Origin: Promethearchaeota archaeon
GTDB lineage: Archaea; Asgardarchaeota; Lokiarchaeia; Sigyniarchaeales; SOKP01
Direction: 5' to 3'
Assembly (NCBI GenBank): GCA_048941265.1
Contig: JBHLNT010000104.1
Location: 1 to 14,356, forward strand
Length of the DNA: 14,356 bases
The translations under genes and the position numbers were made by a program. This document shows, piece after piece, positions 7,469-14,356 of the stretch. How positions within the stretch are numbered: position 1 is the first letter of the stretch; each line of letters opens with the position of its first letter. The notes below the pieces were generated by a model. That model saw nothing but the letters and a program-made list of their open reading frames with translations, made no database searches and had not been told where the DNA came from.

Positions 7469-8778
7469 TTAAATATGAAACAGATATAGCGATAATTGGA
7501 GCTGGAGCTGCAGGTCTCGCTGCTGCCATTCAAGTTAAAAAAGCAGGATTGGGAGTATTAATCTTAGAAAGAGATAGAGAGTTAGGTGGAATAACTTTAC
7601 AATGTATTCATAACGGTTTTGGTTTAAGAGAATTTAATGAAGAATTAACTGGTCCTGAATACGCTCAGAGATTTATTAATGAAATAAAGGCATTAGAAAT
7701 TCTCTATAAGCTGAATACAATGGTAATAGAAATTAAGCGGGGAACACCAGAAAAGCCAGATATAACTCTATTTGCTGTTAATAAGCAAGAAGGAGTTATT
7801 AAAATAGAAGCAAAAGCTGTTATATTAGCAATGGGATGTCGTGAAAAACCAAGAGGCGCAATCAACATCCCTGGCTTTAGACCAGCTGGGATTTATACTG
7901 CAGGACAAGCTCAAAGATTTGTAAACATGGAGGGTTGGTTGCCTGGAAAATCCTATGTAATTTTAGGAAGCGGAGATATCGGAATGATTATGGCGCGGAG
8001 ATTAACTTGGGAAGGATGTAATGTTAAGGCAGTTGTTGAAATTTTACCATATGTGAGTGGTCTACTACGAAATCAAGTTCAATGTTTAGAAGATTATGAT
8101 ATTCCTTTGATTACTAACTACACGGTAACTAAAATTCACGGGAAAGATAGAATTAAAGGTGTTACTATTTCAAAGGTGGATCGAAATTTTGATAGGGTAA
8201 TAGGTACTGATAAATTTATTGAATGTGACACGTTATTATTGTCTGTTGGATTAATTCCTGAAAATGAGTTAAGCTTTAATGTCGGGGCTAAACTCTCATC
8301 CAATAATGGACCAGTTGTTGATAATAATTTAGAGACAACTATAGATGGTATTTTTGCCTGCGGTAATGTGCTGCAGGTACATGATTTAGTTGATTTAGTG
8401 ACAGCAGAAGCAAAAAGAGCTGGAGATTATGCCGTTGAATATATTAAAAATAGATATGGAAAGAAAATAAAAAGAAATGGACAAATAAAATGTATTGCTG
8501 GAGAAAATGTTAATTATGTAAAGCCTGATTTGATAAATAAGAGTGATTTATCAAAAGAAATTATCTTTACGTTTAGAGTTAGGTATCCCGATAGAAGGGT
8601 TCTTATTCAATTCAAAGATGAGAATGGAGTAATTTATAAAAAGAAGAAAGTATATGTAATACCGAGTGAGATGATTGAACTAAATTTAAACTTAAAAGAA
8701 ATCGGGATAAATCCTGAATGTAAGCTTATTGAAATTGAAGTTATTCCTCGACCAGAGGTATTAATTGAGGAGGATTGA
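7465..8778 (+). CDS. FAD-dependent pyridine nucleotide-disulfide oxidoreductase (G3PDH-complex partner subunit)
   Basis: Motifs IIGAGAAGLAAA, LGGITLQCIHNGFG, LTGPEY, VILAMGCRE, ILGSGDIGMIMARR and GIFACGNVLQVHDLVD. ATGA 4-bp overlap with the upstream gene. Confidence 0.9.
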   Translation: MIKYETDIAIIGAGAAGLAAAIQVKKAGLGVLILERDRELGGITLQCIHNGFGLREFNEELTGPEYAQRFINEIKALEILYKLNTMVIEIKRGTPEKPDITLFAVNKQEGVIKIEAKAVILAMGCREKPRGAINIPGFRPAGIYTAGQAQRFVNMEGWLPGKSYVILGSGDIGMIMARRLTWEGCNVKAVVEILPYVSGLLRNQVQCLEDYDIPLITNYTVTKIHGKDRIKGVTISKVDRNFDRVIGTDKFIECDTLLLSVGLIPENELSFNVGAKLSSNNGPVVDNNLETTIDGIFACGNVLQVHDLVDLVTAEAKRAGDYAVEYIKNRYGKKIKRNGQIKCIAGENVNYVKPDLINKSDLSKEIIFTFRVRYPDRRVLIQFKDENGVIYKKKKVYVIPSEMIELNLNLKEIGINPECKLIEIEVIPRPEVLIEED

Positions 8779-8786
8779 TATAAAAA

Positions 8787-9173
8787 ATGTCAGATAGTAG
8801 CCAAAGTATAGTCCGTGTTATTCGCTGTATAGTATGCCCAACGGGATGCGAAATTCAAGTAAAAAAAAATGAGAGTGGAGAGGTTAACTTCGATGGCTAT
8901 ACTTGTAAAAGAGGTTTAGAATACGCTGAACAAGAGTATTATGAACCAAAAAGGATTTTAACTACAACAATGAGAGTTCAAAATGGATTTTTGCCACTAG
9001 TACCCGTAAGAACTGATGTGCCCATTTTAAAAGAAAAACTCGGAGAGGCACTCAAGGAAATTGCAGTGAAACAGGTAAAAGCCCCCATAAAGGCTGGAGA
9101 CATTTTAATTGAAAATATTTTAGGTTCAGGTGCAAATATTATAGCTAGTCGAGATTTAAATGAAATTAAATAG
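8787..9173 (+). CDS. DUF1667-family Cys-rich protein (third subunit of the GlpA-like operon)
   Basis: Motifs CIVCPTGC...GYTCKRG..YA..E...PKRILTTT, VPVRTD.PI.K and APIKAGDILIENIL. Starts 8 nt after the preceding stop. Confidence 0.85.
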   Translation: MSDSSQSIVRVIRCIVCPTGCEIQVKKNESGEVNFDGYTCKRGLEYAEQEYYEPKRILTTTMRVQNGFLPLVPVRTDVPILKEKLGEALKEIAVKQVKAPIKAGDILIENILGSGANIIASRDLNEIK

Positions 9174-9282
9174 ATCACTTAGAATTTTTTGATTATTTTA
9201 TAACTTTAAATTTACGTTTTCTTCATACCAAAAATATATCTCAAAAAATTTAATTTTCTTGCATAATTTTTTTTATGCATTA

Positions 9283-9744
9283 ATGCCTGATATGGATGAG
9301 ATATATAAAGTTGATGAGAACCTTTATATAGGTGCTTATTGGCCGAGATTGAATTTTGAGAAATTAGAAGAAGAGGGAATTACGGCCATTGTAAATTTAA
9401 TGGATAAAATGCATTACATGCCTCCTTTTCAAAAATATGCGTATCTATATAAAGGATTTCCTGATAACTCTTACCCTTCTCACGAACTCATCGAAGAAAT
9501 TTTAAACTTCATGGATAAACATATTAAAGAAAAAAAGGGGAAAGTACTGGTACACTGTGCGATGGGAATATCACGAAGCGGAGGTTTAGTTGTAGCATGG
9601 TTATTAAAAGAAAACCCTTCATGGAGCTGGCAAGACGCAATGAATTATGTATGGAAATCACGCCAAATCTTACCAGCCGTAGAAATAAGAGAATCTATTC
9701 TAGACTATTTTGAATCGATTGAGGGAAACAGAAGATATTATTAA
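9283..9744 (+). CDS. Dual-specificity protein phosphatase
   Basis: Catalytic loop VLVHCAMGISRS, N-terminal LYIGA...GITAIVNL, acid-loop FPD. ATG 9283 is preferred over TTG 9259. Confidence 0.9.
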   Translation: MPDMDEIYKVDENLYIGAYWPRLNFEKLEEEGITAIVNLMDKMHYMPPFQKYAYLYKGFPDNSYPSHELIEEILNFMDKHIKEKKGKVLVHCAMGISRSGGLVVAWLLKENPSWSWQDAMNYVWKSRQILPAVEIRESILDYFESIEGNRRYY

Positions 9745-9754
9745 TTAATAATTT

Positions 9755-10441
9755 TTATTTAATAAGCAAGTATGTTTCTGTTTCAATTTTCCATCTTTCG
9801 CCCCTATTTTCCCTCATTGTTGCATAATTTCTTATAACTTCGTCAGGTATATCGGGTATTGATATTATTTTTATTTCAGAATATCCAATTGTAGTGGCAA
9901 CTCGTCTTATTGACTCAAAATCATGGATAAATTTATGACCATAATAGGTATTCATCATGCGGTTCAAGAATAATGCGGGATCCAACTCGATACCCGCTAA
10001 TTTTTCATGCCCTTTTAGCAGTGGGGACTTTAAATCACTATCATAATATAAGGCATTTATTAAACGTGTTAAAGACGGAGTCATAATAATATGCTTTCCG
10101 CCTTTTCTTAATACCCTAAAGGTTTCTTTTAAAAAAAATTTGAAGTGTTTGTAATAAATATGCTCAATAGCATGACAAGAGTAAATCATATCAACCGATT
10201 CAGAAGAAAAAGGTAACTTTTTAGTAATATTAATTGGAATTTTTCCAATGATGTCTGTGTTGAGAAATCCCTCTAATTTAGCCTTCCCCCCTCCAAATTG
10301 GATCTTTATCTTGTTATGGTTTTTGAAATAACTTTTAATTTTTGACTTTCTCAAAAGTCTATTATGAATGTTTAGCGCATTTTTAATTCTGAGTTTTAAG
10401 TCAAATATGAAGTGATTGAAAAGTCCTTCTTCACGTTTCAT
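9755..10441 (-). CDS. Class I SAM-dependent methyltransferase-like protein
   Basis: Motif I IQFGGG...GFLNTD, LPFSSESVDMIYSCHAIEHI and FRVLRKGG...IMTP. Confidence 0.85.
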   Translation of the reverse strand: MKREEGLFNHFIFDLKLRIKNALNIHNRLLRKSKIKSYFKNHNKIKIQFGGGKAKLEGFLNTDIIGKIPINITKKLPFSSESVDMIYSCHAIEHIYYKHFKFFLKETFRVLRKGGKHIIMTPSLTRLINALYYDSDLKSPLLKGHEKLAGIELDPALFLNRMMNTYYGHKFIHDFESIRRVATTIGYSEIKIISIPDIPDEVIRNYATMRENRGERWKIETETYLLIK

Positions 10442-10505
10442 AATACAAAATATTTACTGTAAGAATTAAATTTTAGTTTTTAATCAGACCATATTTAGAA
10501 ATGAT

Positions 10506-11621
10506 TTATTGCCTTTTTATCTCTCTTTTTCTTTTTTTCTTTCCCGCCAGATAGAGAATGCAACATCCCGGACATATTGCCATGAATTTATTTTGTAGCA
10601 TATATTCTCGAAATCTTTGATAATTTTCTCCATTCCATATTTCTTTAAAACTCTGCTCATGTAAATTGCCCATTACAAGATCATAATAAACATGACAAGG
10701 GGCTAAATCCCCCGTGGCAGTAATATCTACTCCAAACCAAGGAACTAAGCAGCTATGGTATTGATCAACCATATTATGCCAATCCGCTTTGAGATATGCT
10801 AAAAGATTCTCTTGAGAAAATGTCGGAGGTAGCAGCATTATAGTTTTTCCAAGAGCACTTAAATGTTTACAAACCACTTTCACCTGAGTTGCTAAAGAAT
10901 TCACATCCATTCCTTTGAAATCTTGAGCAGAGCGCAATAAGCCTCGCCAATATTTTTCGCTTGTGAGATTGAACTCTGATTTTAGGAATTGCGAATATAA
11001 CTCGCCCATTTTAACAGTTAGAAAATTTTCCATTTGAATTGATACTCTATCAATGGCCGAAAGATTAAGTTCTTTAAGAAAAAACTGTTCGATAAATAAA
11101 TAATTCGTTGGAGTGATGGTATATATCACATCAATAAAAGGAGTGCGTTTTCCAGTTTTTAACTTTTCTTGGTAAAGCATTTCAATTCCAGCCATTGCTT
11201 TATCATAACTGCCATTGCCTCGCTGAAAATCATTTATTTCAGAGGGACCATCTATGGAAACTCTCACAGAATCAAAGCCAGTTTGCACGAACATAGCTGC
11301 GTACTCCTCTAGCATTGTTCCATTCGTTGGAGTGTCTATGAGTGATCCTAATCCTTTTACCTTAAGTATTAATTCTTCTAATTCTGGATATAATAGAGGT
11401 TCTCCACCAAAAAGACTATAGAAAGGTTTAGTAGGGGCTAAATAATCTATTACTTTCTTCAATAATTCAAAATCCAATGTTTCTGGTTTTCTTCCAGTTT
11501 CAGCATTAGAATAGCAGCCTGTTTCACCCCAATAATAACACATTTTACACCGGAGATTACATGTCTCTGTTAGTTGGAGTGTAACGGTACGAGGTAAGTT
11601 ACTAATTTTCTCAAAAGGCAT
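10506..11621 (-). CDS. Radical SAM protein with C-terminal SPASM/twitch domain
   Basis: CxxxCxxC motif (CNLRCKMC), GGEPLL, TNG, VSIDG; C-terminal CLVPW...GDLAPC...GNL...IWNG...CPGC. Confidence 0.92.
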   Translation of the reverse strand: MPFEKISNLPRTVTLQLTETCNLRCKMCYYWGETGCYSNAETGRKPETLDFELLKKVIDYLAPTKPFYSLFGGEPLLYPELEELILKVKGLGSLIDTPTNGTMLEEYAAMFVQTGFDSVRVSIDGPSEINDFQRGNGSYDKAMAGIEMLYQEKLKTGKRTPFIDVIYTITPTNYLFIEQFFLKELNLSAIDRVSIQMENFLTVKMGELYSQFLKSEFNLTSEKYWRGLLRSAQDFKGMDVNSLATQVKVVCKHLSALGKTIMLLPPTFSQENLLAYLKADWHNMVDQYHSCLVPWFGVDITATGDLAPCHVYYDLVMGNLHEQSFKEIWNGENYQRFREYMLQNKFMAICPGCCILYLAGKKKRKREIKRQ

Positions 11622-11774
11622 TTAATATATCTCTAATATCCTTTTTATATCCAATTTATAAAGAAAGTAGTTCTTATATCTGAAATTGTAATATAACCTA
11701 TATAATTTTTTATTTAACTTTAAAAGATCATTTATACATATTTTTAGATTGAATATTTAATTTTTATACTTAGA

Positions 11775-14102
11775 ATGGAACAAAAATATAGGGTTCTTAA
11801 CGTACTGTTTGCTGGACATGCCCAAGCAGGAAAAAGTTCCTTGATAGAGGTAATTGTAGGAAAATTTCCTGATATTCTTGATTTCGAATTATCCCATGGA
11901 ACGACAGTAAGTCTAAAGGTTATTGCATTCGAAATTAAGAAATCAAAATTATTGTTAAACTTACTTGATACTGCAGGACACTCGGACTTTAAAGCCAGTC
12001 CCGCCTTAGGGCTTGAATTTGCAGATTTATTAGTTTTAGTAGTTTCTGGTACAGAAGGTTTTCAAGCAAGAACATTTTGGCTTTTTGAAAAAGCAAAAGA
12101 AAAGAATATCCCGATAATAATCGCAGCGACAAAAATGGATGTTCCTGTTGCTGATATTGATAAAATAAAAAAAGATTTGGAAAAACTTAATGTTGGAATG
12201 ATCTCAATAATTCAAACTTCAGCTAAAAAAAAAGTAGGTATAGAAGATTTAATCTCCAAAATTTCAATTTATACGAAACAAAGGGAAAAAAAAGAAGAAG
12301 ATCTGTCATTTCTCATCCTTGGTTATGAATATAGAAAAGGGCTTGGGAATCTAATTAATGTAGGAATACTCTCTGGTGAAATAGAATCTAAAATGGCGCT
12401 GAGTCCAGAAGTTAAGACTAAAGCAATTTATTCTTTAAAAAAAAACCCTCTTCAAAAAGCATCTGAGGGAGAAATTGTTCAATTACAGCTTAATATTGAT
12501 CCCAAATTCAGCTTAGGAACTAAATATTATCATGGAAAGTTTATTTCTCCAAAAATTGAAAGTATAATGGCTGAAATTCTTCCAAGAAAGGAATTTTTTA
12601 TTGAGGTTAATGATCCTCGTAAATTTAAACTTTCTTTAGAAATTCTTGAGAATTTAAAAAAAATTATCCCATTTGACTATTATACTGAACGTAGTATAAT
12701 AAACCTTTTAGTCGTGGGAGACTTACAATTTGAATTTATTAAAGAAAGACTTGAAGATCTGATAGAATTTAAAATAGTTGGTTCCAAAATAAAAGGAATT
12801 ATTACAATTAATAAGATCAGTAAAGCTAACTACAAATCAGCTTCTGTTCGTGTTGTACCAAGATGCAGAAAAGCATTAACTGTATCACGAGAAAAGAATC
12901 AAATAACTAAAATGTATGATTTATTAGCCGCTACAACTGCTTGTGAAGCGTTTCATCTTGATGGGCTCCATGTGGACATTTATTCTGGGAAAAATGAGGA
13001 TGATATCGTTCAAGCAATCGCAAAAGCAGTGGATAAAGTAAAATTAATCAAAATCGTCCCTTATCAGGATATTATTATTAAAATAGAGAATTATTCAGAT
13101 GTGTTTCCCCTTATTGAAAAATATAATATAGATGTTCTCCTTCAATCTTATACAGATACATTTTTTTTGCAAGTTAAAAATGAAAACTTTGAGAACTTTT
13201 TTAATTCTTTAATGAAAATATCTGAAGGAAAAGCCGAAATTCATCTCTTTAAATTCGAACAGAATGATGTGATACTTGCTGTTGATCCTGGTACACGACA
13301 CTTCGGATTTTGTTTAATTGAAAAAGGCGAACTACCTTCACTATGGTTTGTAAATCTAAAAAACAACATTGAAAATCTCCGATCCCATAATGTCATAAAA
13401 AGGCAATTAGAAATTGAATTAAAAAATTTCTTAAGAAACGAAAAAGATATCATCAACAAGATTTTTGTCGGAAATGGAGCTGGTTCCAGTTTTATAATCG
13501 ATTTCTTAATAGAATATTTCAATATTCCTTGTGATGAAAATTCGTGTGTAATAACTGATTTAACTACTCTTAAGCCTTCTGAGGATTTAAAACCCAATTT
13601 TAAGAGTAGGTTCGCCCCTCCCGATATTTTCTTAATTGATGAATTCAAAACCACTAAAGAGGCTTTATTTCATCTGCAAAGAGGCGAATTAGTGGCTGAA
13701 GTGCGATCTAAAGGATTTGTTGACCATGCAATAGCAGCACTTCTTATCGCTAAAAGAGGTTTAAAAGGCGAGATTGTTGCATTAGAGAAAAAACCACTAA
13801 AACAATTATATGATTACATTGTTGAAAATTATGCGGGTTCTTACTCCTTTTCCAGTATTCATAATATTAATGATTTACATGATTTAAAACCTGGGATGTA
13901 TCTTAGAGTGAAAGATTCTTCGAGATTGGATTCTAATTTAAAAGATGGAGAGATTGTATCATTCTCACGATTCGGAAGCAATTATAAAAACTTTCTCGGA
14001 ACAACACTTTCGGGAAATAAAATTGTTGTTAAATTTCAAGCGAATGTAAATGTAAGACGAGATTTTTTTAATATTTTATCTCCGGTAAAAATGCGAAATT
14101 AA
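11775..14102 (+). CDS. Translation-factor-type (EF-G/EF-2-like) GTPase fused to a YqgF/Tex-type RNase H-fold domain and an unknown C-terminal domain
   Basis: G1 GHAQAGKS, switch I HGTTV, G3 DTAGH, G4 TKMD, G5 SAK. EF-G domain III-like VGDLQFEFIKERL and domain V-like NSLMKISEGKA. YqgF-like ILAVDPGTRHFGFCLI, IFVGNG, IDEFKTTKEA and VDHAIAALLI. Confidence 0.8.
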   Translation: MEQKYRVLNVLFAGHAQAGKSSLIEVIVGKFPDILDFELSHGTTVSLKVIAFEIKKSKLLLNLLDTAGHSDFKASPALGLEFADLLVLVVSGTEGFQARTFWLFEKAKEKNIPIIIAATKMDVPVADIDKIKKDLEKLNVGMISIIQTSAKKKVGIEDLISKISIYTKQREKKEEDLSFLILGYEYRKGLGNLINVGILSGEIESKMALSPEVKTKAIYSLKKNPLQKASEGEIVQLQLNIDPKFSLGTKYYHGKFISPKIESIMAEILPRKEFFIEVNDPRKFKLSLEILENLKKIIPFDYYTERSIINLLVVGDLQFEFIKERLEDLIEFKIVGSKIKGIITINKISKANYKSASVRVVPRCRKALTVSREKNQITKMYDLLAATTACEAFHLDGLHVDIYSGKNEDDIVQAIAKAVDKVKLIKIVPYQDIIIKIENYSDVFPLIEKYNIDVLLQSYTDTFFLQVKNENFENFFNSLMKISEGKAEIHLFKFEQNDVILAVDPGTRHFGFCLIEKGELPSLWFVNLKNNIENLRSHNVIKRQLEIELKNFLRNEKDIINKIFVGNGAGSSFIIDFLIEYFNIPCDENSCVITDLTTLKPSEDLKPNFKSRFAPPDIFLIDEFKTTKEALFHLQRGELVAEVRSKGFVDHAIAALLIAKRGLKGEIVALEKKPLKQLYDYIVENYAGSYSFSSIHNINDLHDLKPGMYLRVKDSSRLDSNLKDGEIVSFSRFGSNYKNFLGTTLSGNKIVVKFQANVNVRRDFFNILSPVKMRN

Positions 14103-14250
14103 TATTTTAAGAGTTAATTAGGTATAGCTAATTAATCAATATGATAAACAGATGTTTGACAATCATGTAAAATGCCAATAACAACAACCTTTTTAAGAGA
14201 CCTTAATTATTAGTAAGTTATATCTAATAACAAATAATAGAGGAACAGTC

Positions 14251-14356
14251 ATGTCAAAAAACAAAACATTTCTAAGTGCCATATGTGTTATTTTTCTACT
14301 AGGGGTAGGTTGTTTTTATCCAATTTCACCCACGGTATCGATATTTGATAATAAAC
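14251..14356 (+). CDS. N-terminus of a secreted/membrane protein, truncated by the right window edge
   Basis: MSKNKTFLSAICVIFLLGVGCFYPISPTVSIFDNK... is open to the edge, with a basic n-region plus hydrophobic h-region. GAGGA RBS-like sequence upstream. Confidence 0.65.
   Translation, partial: MSKNKTFLSAICVIFLLGVGCFYPISPTVSIFDNK

Noticed and set aside
4966-7981. 14-nt exact repeat AAGCGGAGATATCG at 4966-4979 and 7968-7981
   Set aside because: A single pair; one copy is coding (GSGDIG motif) and the other overlaps an RBS. Plausibly chance.
8978-9178. 66-aa - strand ORF
   Set aside because: Antisense to the DUF1667 gene.
11775-12278. GTPase as canonical SelB, IF2 or aEF-2
   Set aside because: Downstream domains look like EF-G III-V rather than SelB or IF2, the module is far shorter than aEF-2, and the signature motifs deviate.
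13241-13654. 137-aa - strand ORF
   Set aside because: Antisense to the motif-rich YqgF-like domain; no recognisable motifs of its own.
13266-13763. RNase H-fold domain as a transposase, TnpB/Cas RuvC or mobile element
   Set aside because: Motifs fit YqgF/Tex (DPGT, GNG, DExxTT, VDxxAA). No zinc finger, terminal repeats or CRISPR array were seen, and it is fused in frame to a translational GTPase.
1-14356. Selenoprotein TGA read-through, tRNA/rRNA genes, CRISPR arrays
   Set aside because: TGA stops (3755, 7468, 8778) fall at natural protein ends. No cloverleaf, rRNA-like tract or spaced repeat array was seen by eye.

Overview
AT-rich archaeal DNA. The archaeal assignment comes from a TFB gene. 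An Asgard (Lokiarchaeia-like) origin is inferred from a stand-alone longin-like protein, tandem orphan 7TM proteins and TATA-box/leaderless gene starts. In order, the window holds: the 5' part of tfb (- strand, missed by the ORF track) with a candidate leaderless uORF/structured leader; a nitronate monooxygenase/FabK-like flavoprotein; a small membrane protein; a CruF-family membrane protein; two paralogous 7TM proteins; a longin-like protein; a tail-anchored protein; a three-gene GlpA-like/FAD oxidoreductase/DUF1667 operon (probable glycerol-3-phosphate dehydrogenase complex); a dual-specificity phosphatase; a SAM methyltransferase plus radical SAM/SPASM pair; a 775-aa GTPase; and the start of a secreted or membrane protein. 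The standout is the 775-aa protein. By eye it is a miniaturised EF-G/EF-2-like translational GTPase (domains G, II, III, reduced IV, V) fused to a YqgF/Tex-type RNase H-fold nuclease domain with its acidic triad intact, plus an unknown C-terminal domain. It is a candidate ribosome-targeted, GTP-gated nuclease. All calls come from manual motif reading; no database searches were run.
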